64,000 nucleotides of DNA from a virus. Positions 9,417 through 20,259 of this stretch are shown here, one piece after another; the stretch's first letter is position 1; each line of letters begins with the position of its first letter. The translations under genes were made by a program, and so were the position numbers. Location of the stretch: positions 1 to 64,000 of the IMG/VR virus record IMGVR_UViG_3300025769_000077; one strand, given 5' to 3'. The notes beneath the pieces are model-generated. The model had not been told where the DNA came from, ran no database searches, and saw only the letters and a program-made list of their open reading frames with translations.

Positions 9417-10673
9417 TTATGCTCCAAGACCAGAGATTAATGCATTCATAACAGTGTCTAAGTCATCAGTACCACCATCAGCGTAACCAGGACGTGAAGT
9501 TGGAACAGCGATATAAACTTGTTGATCTGCAGTAATGTTTTCAGGTCCGAAAGTAGCTGCATCTGATTTAGTCCAAGAGAAGTAAATCAAATCATAACTA
9601 CCGCTTTGATTAGCATTCAAAGGATTTTCATAGATATGAGGTTCTCCCATTCTATAAATTTCTCCTTTGAAACCAGCAGCCCACCATTCTAGGTCAGCAA
9701 TTTCTTGTCCTGCACCTGAACCTTTAGAAGCTGCAACTGGAGTAGAAACTACACCGTAAGCAGTTCCTGCAACTGGAGTGAATCTTACAACATCGTTGTA
9801 GAATTTACCTAGTTTGTATTTAGGAGCTTGACCTGTCATCTTGATACCAAAGTTACCTAAAGAAGCTTCATCTACTCTGTTAAGAGCTGTGTCATCTACA
9901 GTTTGAGTTGCACCAACGTATGCTGAATCTAATGTAAGAGTGTTAGCTGTAGTATCCATAGCTGCAATTTCATATACAGGGTCAGTAAGGTTTGTACCAA
10001 TTCTTAGGTAATCACCTACTGCTAATACTGTATTAGTTGTAGCATCATCTACGTTTGCAAAACCAGTAACCAATTTACTACCTTTAGTAAATACAATAGT
10101 TGCTGAAGTTGCAGTACCTGTACCTAGTGCTTCACCAGCACCTGAGCATACTCTTTCATAAAGTACTGCTTTGTCAGCTTCTTTAGCTAAGTTAGCATTA
10201 CCGTTTTCCATTAGCTTCAATGCGATAGTTTCTGCAGTATCAGCTGCAGTAGTAACACAAGTAGCGTACAACAAACGTTCAGTAGGTTGTGAACTTACTA
10301 GTGACTCACGAAGAGCTAGTTTAAGTCTAATATCTGCTACAGCACCTGGTGCTATAATAGCATTAGTTGTTCCGTTGTAACCAAAGTAAGAAACTTGAGC
10401 AGCCGGAGCTGAGTACGCTTTGTACTTAGAAGTTTTAATATCTGCTTTGGTAATCATAGGTGAAGTCAATACATCACCGTTAGCTGTTTTCATTCCAATG
10501 AAGAACTTAGTAGCTGCTGAAGCTTCTGATGCTAAAAGCACTGAACCGTCTGCTGCGAATACTCGAACTTCACCGTTAGCTAATCCATTTAAGGAAGCTA
10601 GTGAAGCATTTGCAGTTGCAGCGACACTTGCGCTACCTACAAACACATCTGCAATTTGTCTTGCTTGATACAT
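9417..10673 (-). CDS. Conserved crAss structural protein (auxiliary capsid protein-like)
   Basis: Position after ring protein; G.GAGQEIADLEWWAAGFKGEIYR motif resembles crAss gene-73-type proteins. Confidence 0.6.
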   Translation of the reverse strand: MYQARQIADVFVGSASVAATANASLASLNGLANGEVRVFAADGSVLLASEASAATKFFIGMKTANGDVLTSPMITKADIKTSKYKAYSAPAAQVSYFGYNGTTNAIIAPGAVADIRLKLALRESLVSSQPTERLLYATCVTTAADTAETIALKLMENGNANLAKEADKAVLYERVCSGAGEALGTGTATSATIVFTKGSKLVTGFANVDDATTNTVLAVGDYLRIGTNLTDPVYEIAAMDTTANTLTLDSAYVGATQTVDDTALNRVDEASLGNFGIKMTGQAPKYKLGKFYNDVVRFTPVAGTAYGVVSTPVAASKGSGAGQEIADLEWWAAGFKGEIYRMGEPHIYENPLNANQSGSYDLIYFSWTKSDAATFGPENITADQQVYIAVPTSRPGYADGGTDDLDTVMNALISGLGA

Positions 10674-10677
10674 GTTA

Positions 10678-11370
10678 TTATTGTTTTATTTGTGAAAAAT
10701 TAGTTAATCTAGTTGATTCTGCATTTTCTAATGCTAATAGAACTGCTTCATCTACAATTTCTTGATGTAGTTGGATTGGCAATTCACAATCCGTTGTTCC
10801 TAAGACAATGTCTTCTGGATACCGTACAAATCTAACTAAATATTTAGATATAGTAAAAGCTTCCGAAGAAATTAATTCATGTTGAATTTTATCTCCTGAA
10901 CCTTGACCATGTGAAACTCTAAGATCTAGTCTTACTAGTCTTTTACAATTAGGTTTTCTAAATGGATTATCCATTAAAGTATTGAGTTCATCATGAGTTA
11001 TTGGTCTAACAGATATTTTATTTCCAGATGCATCTTCAGCATGTTCACTTATTACTGTTAATATCTTAGAGTTAAACTCATATAGTTTTGAATATTGATT
11101 GTAAAGGTCTGCTCCATTTTGATCATCATTTGTAATATCTACTATTTCAGATGACCCTGATGTAGTATAGCTAAATCCATTAACTAATGTACTTAACTCT
11201 TTCCTTACAATTTCATTTAGTTCAAAAAAAGGAAGTCTTTTTTTAACTACTCTAAACTGAGCTTGGTTAAGGAATAACTGGATTTCATTATCCTCATATC
11301 CTTTACCGGCATAGTTTGTTATTTTATCGTAGCCTATTAAAAAGGCTTCCTTCATTTCTGAACTAGTCAT
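10678..11370 (-). CDS. Tail ring / adaptor protein (crAss gene-74-like)
   Basis: GYEDNEIQLFLNQAQ and CELPIQLHQEIVDEAVLLALE motifs; synteny. Confidence 0.7.
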   Translation of the reverse strand: MTSSEMKEAFLIGYDKITNYAGKGYEDNEIQLFLNQAQFRVVKKRLPFFELNEIVRKELSTLVNGFSYTTSGSSEIVDITNDDQNGADLYNQYSKLYEFNSKILTVISEHAEDASGNKISVRPITHDELNTLMDNPFRKPNCKRLVRLDLRVSHGQGSGDKIQHELISSEAFTISKYLVRFVRYPEDIVLGTTDCELPIQLHQEIVDEAVLLALENAESTRLTNFSQIKQ

Positions 11371-12215
11371 TATTCAGCATTTTCAATCCTATCTTTTAAG
11401 ATAAGATATAGTTGTTGATTTTCATCACTGAATACGTATTCAATAGCTCCTTCAAGATTATTCATCTTTCCGTCAAACGCTAATTGATCACCTTCAGCTG
11501 TTGTGTACTTACCATCTTTCTTTATAATAGCTCCTACGTGTACTGCATCTTCAATAAATACAATCTTTTCATACTTAGGATTATCGATAATTTTTAAGAA
11601 ACCTTCAATGTCTTCAGTTAGAATCTTTTGTACTTCTGCTTGCATCCAATCAATAGGTTGATTAGTAACTCGTTTACCGTAAGCTCTTAAGAAACTTCTA
11701 AGTTTATGTTTAGAATTTCTCAACTCTCCAAATTTAGCATAAGCTTCAAACATATTGTTTGCTTTTGCAGCTGTCTTTTGAGTTTCAAAATCTTCTGTTA
11801 CTAACTTAAATTTGTGTTCTCTAGAACCATAATCGCTATTCAAGCTTCTGATCACGTTTTTATTTGCTGAAAGAACTAAGTAATTAAGGTATTGTACAGG
11901 ATCACTAAGATCCAATACTTTTATTGATTTATCAAGTGTAATGGTATAGTTACGAAAGTAACTGTCCTTTCCATAAGGATTGAGAGGAATACCTAGAACA
12001 TTCTCTAGGTATTCTTTCTCTTTATCATCATTAAAAGGGTTTACTAACATATCTTTCCCAGTTCTTGATAGTGGTAATGTGACTTTGTAGTTAGAACTAC
12101 CGAACAAGAAGTTAGCTTCATGTCCGATATCCGCAAGTCCATCCTTCCTGAAAATTGGTTTTACTTTAACTTTTACGTTAGGTAATTTACCGTCTTTAAA
12201 TTTGATCTCACTCAT
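11370..12215 (-). CDS. Conserved crAss protein downstream of MCP (gene-75-like)
   Basis: LDLSDPVQYLNYLVL motif; synteny. Confidence 0.65.
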   Translation of the reverse strand: MSEIKFKDGKLPNVKVKVKPIFRKDGLADIGHEANFLFGSSNYKVTLPLSRTGKDMLVNPFNDDKEKEYLENVLGIPLNPYGKDSYFRNYTITLDKSIKVLDLSDPVQYLNYLVLSANKNVIRSLNSDYGSREHKFKLVTEDFETQKTAAKANNMFEAYAKFGELRNSKHKLRSFLRAYGKRVTNQPIDWMQAEVQKILTEDIEGFLKIIDNPKYEKIVFIEDAVHVGAIIKKDGKYTTAEGDQLAFDGKMNNLEGAIEYVFSDENQQLYLILKDRIENAE

Positions 12216-12228
12216 TTTATTTATTTTA

Positions 12229-13704
12229 TTATACTAAGTTACATTTCCAAGTTGCACTTGTTGATGGGTCTCTCATAGCAACACCGCAAGCAGTGAATTT
12301 ATGTTCAGTCCATCCATCTACAGGTGATACAGTAGCACCGGTGTTAACATCTCCTGTGAAAGGATCTCTCATACCTGGGATATATTTGTGAATATCCGCT
12401 TTGAAAGCATTTGGTTTAACCAATTGAATGTTAGGGTCACCGTTGGTAGTACCGATATCAAAGATATCATATCTGTATGATTCAAGTACACCACCATTAG
12501 GGTGTTTAACTTTATTTCTGTCTAGGTCATCGTACATAGAATCTACTGACAATTCAAGTTCTACACCGTTAGGAGCTTTGAACCTAGTAAATTGTCCACC
12601 GTAACTTAAAGAGTTAGAGTTTAAAGGACTAGAATCTTTTTGTACTAAATAGTCTCCTTGTAGTGGAGAATAACCTGCTGTCTCAGCTAAAACAGCTTCG
12701 TGGAATTGTTTTGCACCGTACTCACCAGTTTTTAAAACAAATTTTCTTTGGTCAAATGGTTTTTTACCAATAGACAATTCAAGCATTGTTTCAGTAAGAT
12801 CATCCAAAGAGAATGTTTGATAGTTACGAGTATGTGATACTTCCATTTGTTGACGAATACCAGCACCAATTTTAATTGGATATCCTGAAGTACCTCTCAT
12901 TGAGAATTGACCGTTTTCTAAATTCTTGTTAGTTCTACCGAACATTAAGAATCTGTTTTTCTGCATACGGAATTCATAATCAAAGATGTAAGATTGATAA
13001 TCTTGCCATACAGAGAATGCTTTACCTGATTCCTTGTCATAGATAGCGGTAGTCATCCTACGTTGTTTCATGTTACCTGGGGTTTCATGCTCCATACGGA
13101 AGTGAGTAATACCGTTTCTCATAGAAAGGTTAGTGGTAAATCCAATTTTAGAACCTCTTCGAGAAAGAGTATCTTCAACTGGTGTGAATTCGTAGCTCCA
13201 ACGTGTACCAGGTTCTACTTCAGAATACGGTAGGTATTCAGTAGAATCACCTGTAGAAAGAATACAACGATATACATAGTTACCTCCTTCTGGGGTTGGT
13301 TCGTCTAAAATTTTAACTTGATAGTCATCTGGATGTTCTCCTCCAATTACTTGTTCTTGTGAGAACCAGTTTTCAGAAAATACTAATTCAAATTCTCCAA
13401 AACCTAATCCGATTTGATCTCCATCGGATACTGCTGTTCCATTAACACGACACTCTACTAAACCAAAGTTATTAGGAGCAGATCCCCTAAGTTCCCAAGT
13501 AAAGTCAGTCTCATGTTCAATGTATTTTGTTGGGAATTTAGCAAGCATATTATCGATATTGTTACCGAAGTTAGCTGCTTGAATTTCAGTAACCGTATTA
13601 CTGATTAATTCAGGTTCCCTTCTCCACATAGCTCCCAAGTGGTTATCGGTCGTTAGACCTTTCCAGCTTGTAGCTTCTGTCATTTGATAAGGTGAAAGTC
13701 TCAT
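12229..13704 (-). CDS. Major capsid protein (crAss-like)
   Basis: N-terminus SWKGLTTDNHLGAM, IGAGIRQQME, HPNGGVLESYRYDIFD typical of crAss MCPs; 491 aa. Confidence 0.9.
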   Translation of the reverse strand: MRLSPYQMTEATSWKGLTTDNHLGAMWRREPELISNTVTEIQAANFGNNIDNMLAKFPTKYIEHETDFTWELRGSAPNNFGLVECRVNGTAVSDGDQIGLGFGEFELVFSENWFSQEQVIGGEHPDDYQVKILDEPTPEGGNYVYRCILSTGDSTEYLPYSEVEPGTRWSYEFTPVEDTLSRRGSKIGFTTNLSMRNGITHFRMEHETPGNMKQRRMTTAIYDKESGKAFSVWQDYQSYIFDYEFRMQKNRFLMFGRTNKNLENGQFSMRGTSGYPIKIGAGIRQQMEVSHTRNYQTFSLDDLTETMLELSIGKKPFDQRKFVLKTGEYGAKQFHEAVLAETAGYSPLQGDYLVQKDSSPLNSNSLSYGGQFTRFKAPNGVELELSVDSMYDDLDRNKVKHPNGGVLESYRYDIFDIGTTNGDPNIQLVKPNAFKADIHKYIPGMRDPFTGDVNTGATVSPVDGWTEHKFTACGVAMRDPSTSATWKCNLV

Positions 13705-13718
13705 ATTATTGTGTTAAT

Positions 13719-14795
13719 TTAAGCGTAATTACGTTGACTTAATGATTTCTTTATAATGCTCAATCCATCATTGATAGTTTTAGATCTTTCTTTAGACGGA
13801 ATGTGGTATTCACCTGCATTATATTCATCTTGTAAAGCTTGTTTCCTAAGTTGCTCATCAATGTCTTTTAATGAGTTACTCTTAGCTACTTTGTTTACAT
13901 TACTGAAATCAGTAAATCCTTTTGTTAATACATGGAAATAATGTAACTTGATCTGATAGTCTTCATCAGTATAGTAACTGTTGAATACTTCATTCATCTC
14001 AGTACCATTTACATTAGTTACCGGTTTAACCATTGAGTTAAATACTTCTTCACGAGTTTTCTCTGTAAGCTTCACACCGTCTATAATCTGCTCTGTAGAA
14101 TGTACTTTGTCTTTAAGTTTATCTATACTTTCAGACATTGCTTTTTCTTGAGCGGCACGTCTAGCTTTTTCAGCTTCAATTTTCTTATCTAAAAGATTTT
14201 GATTATGAGCTTTCAACTTATTTACATAAGTCTCTGCTTTATCAACATCTAAAGCTAAATCTTTGAGTTTCGTGATCTCGTCTTTAATCTCTTCTTCATC
14301 AAACTTAGTGAATGTTTTATAGTAGTCTTCTAATACAGTGTCTACTAATTTTTCATTACTTTCTAAGCTTTCTCTGTTTACATCATTGTACTTAACTTCT
14401 GTTTTAGAAGTCTCTACAATTTCTGATTCAGGAATTCCATTCTTGAATGCATCAAGAACTCTTTTCTGTGAATCACTAAGGTTTGCATATTCTCTCTTAC
14501 TCAACTCTTGATCAAGTAGAGAAGCTAAACCCTCCATAGAGTCTAACTTCTCAATCTCTTCTTGATCTATAAATTTAAGGCGACCCTCAGTAACCAAAGC
14601 GGAAGCAAAGGACTTGAGGAGAGGTGAGTGAGAGGAATTCTCTGGTGACGTCGGATCGCCAGGATTTTCTGGTTCTGCAGTAGTTCCATCTTCCTTATTC
14701 CCCTTGGAATCTACTGCTAATAAAGTACCATCTTCGGTCATCTCAAACTGAGGTGACTCGTCAAATGATGCTTTATCAAATACATTTTCACTCAT
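13719..14795 (-). CDS. Putative scaffolding protein; probable start MSENVF
   Basis: Acidic coiled-coil protein between portal and MCP. Confidence 0.65.
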   Translation of the reverse strand: MSENVFDKASFDESPQFEMTEDGTLLAVDSKGNKEDGTTAEPENPGDPTSPENSSHSPLLKSFASALVTEGRLKFIDQEEIEKLDSMEGLASLLDQELSKREYANLSDSQKRVLDAFKNGIPESEIVETSKTEVKYNDVNRESLESNEKLVDTVLEDYYKTFTKFDEEEIKDEITKLKDLALDVDKAETYVNKLKAHNQNLLDKKIEAEKARRAAQEKAMSESIDKLKDKVHSTEQIIDGVKLTEKTREEVFNSMVKPVTNVNGTEMNEVFNSYYTDEDYQIKLHYFHVLTKGFTDFSNVNKVAKSNSLKDIDEQLRKQALQDEYNAGEYHIPSKERSKTINDGLSIIKKSLSQRNYA

Positions 14796-14816
14796 AATTA
14801 TGTTAATAATTTTGTA

Positions 14817-14824
14817 CAAAGTTA
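14817..14824 (-). promoter_or_regulatory. Bacteroidota -7 promoter element TAACTTTG upstream of scaffold/MCP
   Basis: TAnnTTTG consensus in intergenic gap. Confidence 0.6.
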
Positions 14825-14883
14825 AGAGTATAATCTACTCTATTATAAATATTATGCTGATTAGGGAAGATTTAGAGCTGTAT

Positions 14884-17226
14884 TTATGACGCTTTAGGTT
14901 TATTAGCTTGTTTACGTTTAATAGAAATCTCTTCGTCTTTTTGCTTTTCAGCTACTCTATTAGCTCTTTGAGACTCTTTAAACTTTTCCCATTCTAATCT
15001 AATCTTTTCTTCTCCGGATTTAAGTTTATCCATATCTACTTCTGTTCCTTCAGAAGCTATCTTAGCATATAGTTCTTCTCGTTTAAAGTCTAACTCAGCT
15101 TGAGTTATCATTATATCTTTTTCTCTATCTGCTTCTTTAGATTGCTCTTCCATTTGTTTTATCTTCTCATTTGATTGAAGTTGATTTTGCATTTGAGCTT
15201 CTTCTCGTTTACGTCTTTCTTTCTGAGAAGTTTCTAAATATCTAGTCATTGATGATAGAGAAGGTGATGTGTATATTTTAACAAGATCTACTACGTCTGC
15301 TTTATCATTCTGTACAAGAGTAAGAGATAGATTTTTTAAAGTATTAAAGATTTCTTGTTCGTTTTTTATAGATTCTACATGTAAATCAAACTCTGATTCT
15401 ACAAAGTCAGGAGTAACTGTTATTATTTCTAATAGGTTTTCTTCTGATATGTATTGTAGTTTCTTACTAGAAACATTTTTATACTTATATTTAGCTGTTT
15501 CTAAAAGAAGAGTAAGTGTTTCTTTCTTAACATGGTCCTGTAATGAAAACCATTTTTCAGTAATATGAGAAGACTGAGTTAATACTCTTTCTACATTACC
15601 TACCATTTCAGATGTAGACACTTGAGCTTTACGCTGAGGTGGAATACCTGAGATTACTCCCATTTGGTATTCTATATATTCAAGCATAGAAATATGCTGC
15701 TGGATGAATCCACCAAGCTCCATATCTATAACGTGATTATTCTGTTGCATCATACCTGCTAACTTACCTTGAGCTGCTCCTTTATTACCTTCTTTGAATG
15801 CATCATATACAGCTAGTTTTTCAACAAACGCTGTACGTAACCATTGTGACATAGTCCATCCTTCAGGTATCTCATGTAACGGTACACGCATGATCTTACC
15901 AAAGTTTAATGTAATAGCTAACTCTGTTCTATACATAATAGCATTATACAAGTATTGGTAAGGTTTCATTCTATCCATTAAAGACATTGCTTTAGATGAA
16001 TTCACATTCATTATAAAACCAACAATAGGTGGTTTACATATAGAAGGATTATCCATTTGTCTTAACTGAATAGGTCTAGGTCTTAATCTTTTATAGATAT
16101 GTCCACCTATTTTATGACCTTCCCACCATTCAGAGATCCACATTGTCTTAGCTTTTTGTCCTCTTGATGTATCTGGTTCATACTTTTCATCAACTAATTC
16201 TTTTTGTTCTTGTCCCAACTCATCTATGTACGTAAGCATTTTCATCTTACGCATAGACTTCCAAAATACTCTAGTAAGTTTAATGTTACCTTCTGAGTCT
16301 ACATTTTGTTTGTATCCGGAACTGTTTATAGTTTTAGTTATATCGATATATGAATTTAACTCTTGAATATACCAAATAGGTATACTAGAACGATGTGGTG
16401 ATTTCTCACCTACTTCATCAGCGTTAGAATTAGTAAAACCTTGTTCTATTTCATCTATTTCTTTTTGAGTTAGTTCATCATGGTATAAGTCTATGATTTG
16501 ACCTGGGGATTTGTATTCTTCTATACAGATTATATCAGAATCATGTATGAAAGGAGAGTTACCTGAACGAACAGTATATACGTTTAGTGGATCCAGTTTT
16601 TGAAATATAACATCACCTCCCATTACATCACAATAGAATATCTCTTCTCCTGCAATTAATAGGTCCATAAAACCATCAGCTAATTTCTTATCTACATCAT
16701 GACGTTTCATTTCATATTGTAAGATATGGTTAGCTAACTTTTCTCTTTTATCTTGATAAGAAGAATTATCTTTACGAACTTCTTCTAGTTTTTGTTTGAA
16801 TTCATCTTCAGAAACAGATGTTTGTTTTAACATCTCTTCTATAGCCATATCTATGTTCTTTTTAAATACTTCTTCTTTTTCAGAAATAGCATCGAAGTTA
16901 CCTACACGTACAGAGAAAGGAAACTTTCGTTTTAAGTACTCTCCGTAGAGTAAGTCTATGTTAGTGTTAGATATAGGGTGGTTTTGAAGTTTAGCTGGAG
17001 GATCAAAGTCATCTATATCAAAAGGATTCATGATAGTACTCATGTCTCTCTCATCTAGTATATCGTTGTATAGATTATAGTTAGTTAGTTTATTGTAGTA
17101 AGATTGACGCATGTTGTCGTCATCAAAATCAATAGCTTTTTCTGCAGAGTCTACGCATTCTTTACGCCACTCTTTTGTTTTTTTATTTATAGACAACTTT
17201 TGTCTTGGAAACTTAACATTTGCCAT
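14884..17226 (-). CDS. Portal protein
   Basis: FPRQKL..KKTKEWRKECVD, WISEWWEGHKIG, SLMDRMKPYQYLYN motifs; 780 aa next to TerL. Confidence 0.9.
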   Translation of the reverse strand: MANVKFPRQKLSINKKTKEWRKECVDSAEKAIDFDDDNMRQSYYNKLTNYNLYNDILDERDMSTIMNPFDIDDFDPPAKLQNHPISNTNIDLLYGEYLKRKFPFSVRVGNFDAISEKEEVFKKNIDMAIEEMLKQTSVSEDEFKQKLEEVRKDNSSYQDKREKLANHILQYEMKRHDVDKKLADGFMDLLIAGEEIFYCDVMGGDVIFQKLDPLNVYTVRSGNSPFIHDSDIICIEEYKSPGQIIDLYHDELTQKEIDEIEQGFTNSNADEVGEKSPHRSSIPIWYIQELNSYIDITKTINSSGYKQNVDSEGNIKLTRVFWKSMRKMKMLTYIDELGQEQKELVDEKYEPDTSRGQKAKTMWISEWWEGHKIGGHIYKRLRPRPIQLRQMDNPSICKPPIVGFIMNVNSSKAMSLMDRMKPYQYLYNAIMYRTELAITLNFGKIMRVPLHEIPEGWTMSQWLRTAFVEKLAVYDAFKEGNKGAAQGKLAGMMQQNNHVIDMELGGFIQQHISMLEYIEYQMGVISGIPPQRKAQVSTSEMVGNVERVLTQSSHITEKWFSLQDHVKKETLTLLLETAKYKYKNVSSKKLQYISEENLLEIITVTPDFVESEFDLHVESIKNEQEIFNTLKNLSLTLVQNDKADVVDLVKIYTSPSLSSMTRYLETSQKERRKREEAQMQNQLQSNEKIKQMEEQSKEADREKDIMITQAELDFKREELYAKIASEGTEVDMDKLKSGEEKIRLEWEKFKESQRANRVAEKQKDEEISIKRKQANKPKAS

Positions 17227-17230
17227 GTCG

Positions 17231-17238
17231 CAAAATTA
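17231..17238 (-). promoter_or_regulatory. Bacteroidota -7 promoter element TAATTTTG, 4 nt before portal ATG
   Basis: Minus-strand TAATTTTG-CGAC-ATG. Confidence 0.6.
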
Positions 17239-19461
17239 TGAATATTTATTTAAATAGTCCTCATATAATAATTCTCCTTTATTTCTATTAAATCTAGATA
17301 AGAAGAAAGGATCATGATTAAGTCCTGTGTTATCTTCTACTATAGGATTATTTATGTGTTTGAGTTTTTGTTGTCTTAAAATCATTAACATACCCATAGC
17401 TGATATACGGTCAAAGTTACCATCAGGGTTCCATTTAGCACATTCTTCTAAGTAAGCTTTATTTCTTATGTAATGTAGTTTATTTCTAACTACTTCCTCT
17501 TCTTCTCCTTTATCGTTAATCTCAATAGTCATTACCGGTTCTAACATCCAATCTACTTGTAATCTTCTAGCCCACGCATTAACAGCTTGAGTAGCAGGAG
17601 TACCTACAGCTTGGTTACCATAACGCTGTCCTTTAATCATATCTGTATCTTTTAAAATTTCAGGAGTAGGACATAAGTGATGAACTGCTGCTCTGTGTTT
17701 CATAAATACGTAGAAACCTTTCTTGTTGTTTTCGTAGTTTACTAATGCATTATAGTAAATAATAAGGTCGTAACATATTTGATAAAACTCATTTGCAGTA
17801 GTTGGTCTACCGGTATACTCAGCTACTATTTTATCTGTATAGGTATCAAGTATCATAATAGAACCTAGTGAACTTGTAGTACTGTGGTCATCATCGTAAG
17901 GGTCAAGACCGGCTATGTATCTACCAAATGGTACTTTACCATCTTTCTTCTGAGGTAAGGTTATGAGTTCAATAGCTCCTTTTTTATCCTCTTTGTTTTC
18001 TAATGGAAACTTTCTAATTGGTCTATTAGAAGTCTCAGATATAAACTCTCCATTACTTATTCTACCGGTATAGTGAGCTGAAAAAAATCTATCAGCTTTG
18101 GGTTCTATCTCTGCTAATAAGTCATTAATTAATGTAACAGGGAAGAAGTTACCATCTTTTCTCATGATAGCTTCTTGAGGAGTAATAGGTCTTTCAGCTT
18201 TTTCTTGTGATAGAGCATTTGGATCTGAAGTATTGTATTTAATACGAATCCTTTCTCTCATTATTTCTACAAGAGCTTTCGTTACATCAGAATTTCCATT
18301 CTTATCGTAACACCCGTGTCTGTTTAAATATTCTGGAAAGAAGAATGCACACTGTGATAATCCATCTCTGTTCTTATCAAATATATTAGGTAACGCGTGT
18401 ATGTTATAACCATTAGGGTTATAGAACATTTCTCTAGCTCCTGAGAAGTCAGCACCTTCTGTACCACCAGTACCATAAGCTACCATGGTTCCAAATGTAT
18501 CATCGCCATCTTCTACTGAAGGTCTTGCTACTTGCCATGCAGTAAGTATGTTGGGAAACTTACCCATCTCTTCCCATATGATTAATGCACCCCTTTTACC
18601 CCTTGCTTTCTGTGGGTCATTCTTTAATGATACACCCATTACTTTATTTCTAGTTCCTCTCTTACGTCCATCTGAATCAGTGTATCCCATTTCAAACTCC
18701 ATGGTTTGCCATGATTCTTTTAGTCTTAAGTGAGGAAATGGTGTATGATCAGCGCAATGGTTAATGGTATCTTCAAACTTATTTAATACACCATCCTTGG
18801 TAAGGAATTCCTTTTCATTTGCAATAGCGAAAGAAGTTACTTTTCTCTTATTTACAGAGTCATCACCTAATACAAAGTTCTTAGCTTTCTTAGAACCTCC
18901 TTTAAATGAGAATCCTCTACCCCTTGCTTTAAGAACATTACCGTGTGCATTGTTAGCTCTTGCTTGATCTATATAATGGAAATATAAGTAATCTCCATCC
19001 CATATGTTAGGAAATCCTTCAACTCTTCTTGATTTATCAGGATTTGAAGAATCTGTTTTCATGATAGGAGAATAGTTTAAATAGAAGTAGTGGTAACCGG
19101 TAATCCATTCACCATCTTCTCTAACTAAACCTTCTCTACATCTTCTTGCTTCTTCAGCCCAGAACTTAGAATATTCTGAGTGAGGATGACCATTAGGTCT
19201 TATATCTGTATATCTTTCACTTTTTTCATAGCTAATAGCAGGTTGTCTAAAGTAATCCATATCTTCCAGGATATGAGGATTTACTATATCTACTATTACT
19301 CTACCTTTTTTATCGAAGTCACAATCTGTTAATCTTTTTCTTTTAGATGAAATAAGGTTTCGTAAGAAACCTATACTGTTTATAGCATCATTTATTTCAT
19401 CCATCTCTTCTTGAGAGAGATTAGGTAAAGGAGATTGATATTCGTTAAATTCCATCTTCAA
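17236..19461 (-). CDS. terL: Terminase large subunit
   Basis: Walker A LKARGRGFS, Walker B IWEEMG, YGTGG, nuclease AGLDPYD and NFDRISA. Confidence 0.92.
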   Translation of the reverse strand: MKMEFNEYQSPLPNLSQEEMDEINDAINSIGFLRNLISSKRKRLTDCDFDKKGRVIVDIVNPHILEDMDYFRQPAISYEKSERYTDIRPNGHPHSEYSKFWAEEARRCREGLVREDGEWITGYHYFYLNYSPIMKTDSSNPDKSRRVEGFPNIWDGDYLYFHYIDQARANNAHGNVLKARGRGFSFKGGSKKAKNFVLGDDSVNKRKVTSFAIANEKEFLTKDGVLNKFEDTINHCADHTPFPHLRLKESWQTMEFEMGYTDSDGRKRGTRNKVMGVSLKNDPQKARGKRGALIIWEEMGKFPNILTAWQVARPSVEDGDDTFGTMVAYGTGGTEGADFSGAREMFYNPNGYNIHALPNIFDKNRDGLSQCAFFFPEYLNRHGCYDKNGNSDVTKALVEIMRERIRIKYNTSDPNALSQEKAERPITPQEAIMRKDGNFFPVTLINDLLAEIEPKADRFFSAHYTGRISNGEFISETSNRPIRKFPLENKEDKKGAIELITLPQKKDGKVPFGRYIAGLDPYDDDHSTTSSLGSIMILDTYTDKIVAEYTGRPTTANEFYQICYDLIIYYNALVNYENNKKGFYVFMKHRAAVHHLCPTPEILKDTDMIKGQRYGNQAVGTPATQAVNAWARRLQVDWMLEPVMTIEINDKGEEEEVVRNKLHYIRNKAYLEECAKWNPDGNFDRISAMGMLMILRQQKLKHINNPIVEDNTGLNHDPFFLSRFNRNKGELLYEDYLNKYS

Positions 19462-19963
19462 AAGTATTCTTGTCTTTACTACCTCTTACTCCCTTAACAG
19501 CTTCTTGTTCTTTGAGCATTTCTTTCTCAACTGTTTTAAGAGCTTGTATAAGAGCAGGTATTTCTCTAATTGACTGTGTTATATTCTTAAGATTACGATC
19601 ATTTATCTCAGCTTCTTGTAAGAACTTAGATACCTTATTTACAGCTGAATGTGCTTCTTTAAGTAATCTAGAAGATACTGTATGGATACGTTCTGTATAG
19701 TATTCCATAGCTTCTTCTACTACTTTATCTATCTTTATATCAACACTTAAGTCTTTTAGAATTTCTTCTTTTCTTTCTTCTCTATCAAGTATATCAGCAT
19801 AAGGACTCTTAGGGTCTTCCATAAAAGCAATAAAGGAAAGCTCGTTATGAGCCTTCCTTTTATCCTTTGTTCTATCTCTATCTACTAGTTTCTTTAGAAC
19901 CTTAATAGATAAAGCTTCTGGAGTTACTGATATTTGATAATCTTTTATCTCGAATAATTGCAT
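19445..19963 (-). CDS. Conserved protein upstream of TerL (candidate small terminase)
   Basis: Helical, overlaps TerL start; position conserved in crAss-like phages. Confidence 0.5.
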   Translation of the reverse strand: MQLFEIKDYQISVTPEALSIKVLKKLVDRDRTKDKRKAHNELSFIAFMEDPKSPYADILDREERKEEILKDLSVDIKIDKVVEEAMEYYTERIHTVSSRLLKEAHSAVNKVSKFLQEAEINDRNLKNITQSIREIPALIQALKTVEKEMLKEQEAVKGVRGSKDKNTFEDGI

Positions 19964-20259
19964 ATTGTTACTCCGTTATCAATCATTACTTGACAAAAAC
20001 TGTCAAATGTTTCTCTAATTCTACCTACTTCACCGTTCTTGAATTTTACATATAGTCCATCCATTGATCCATATTCATAGAAATCAGATACAGTGTTTAA
20101 GTCAAAACAGAAGTTTCCCCAAGTAGTTGGTAAATCAGGATAAGGAGTATCCGGATTAATCATTGATTCTTGTTTGAACTCTCTTATTAATTCATCGTAT
20201 TCCTCATTCTTATGATCTTCTACGATTACTTTTGTGATGAAGAATTTACTATCTGTCAT
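19945..20259 (-). CDS. Hypothetical protein
   Basis: ORF overlapping neighbours. Confidence 0.6.
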   Translation of the reverse strand: MTDSKFFITKVIVEDHKNEEYDELIREFKQESMINPDTPYPDLPTTWGNFCFDLNTVSDFYEYGSMDGLYVKFKNGEVGRIRETFDSFCQVMIDNGVTICNYSR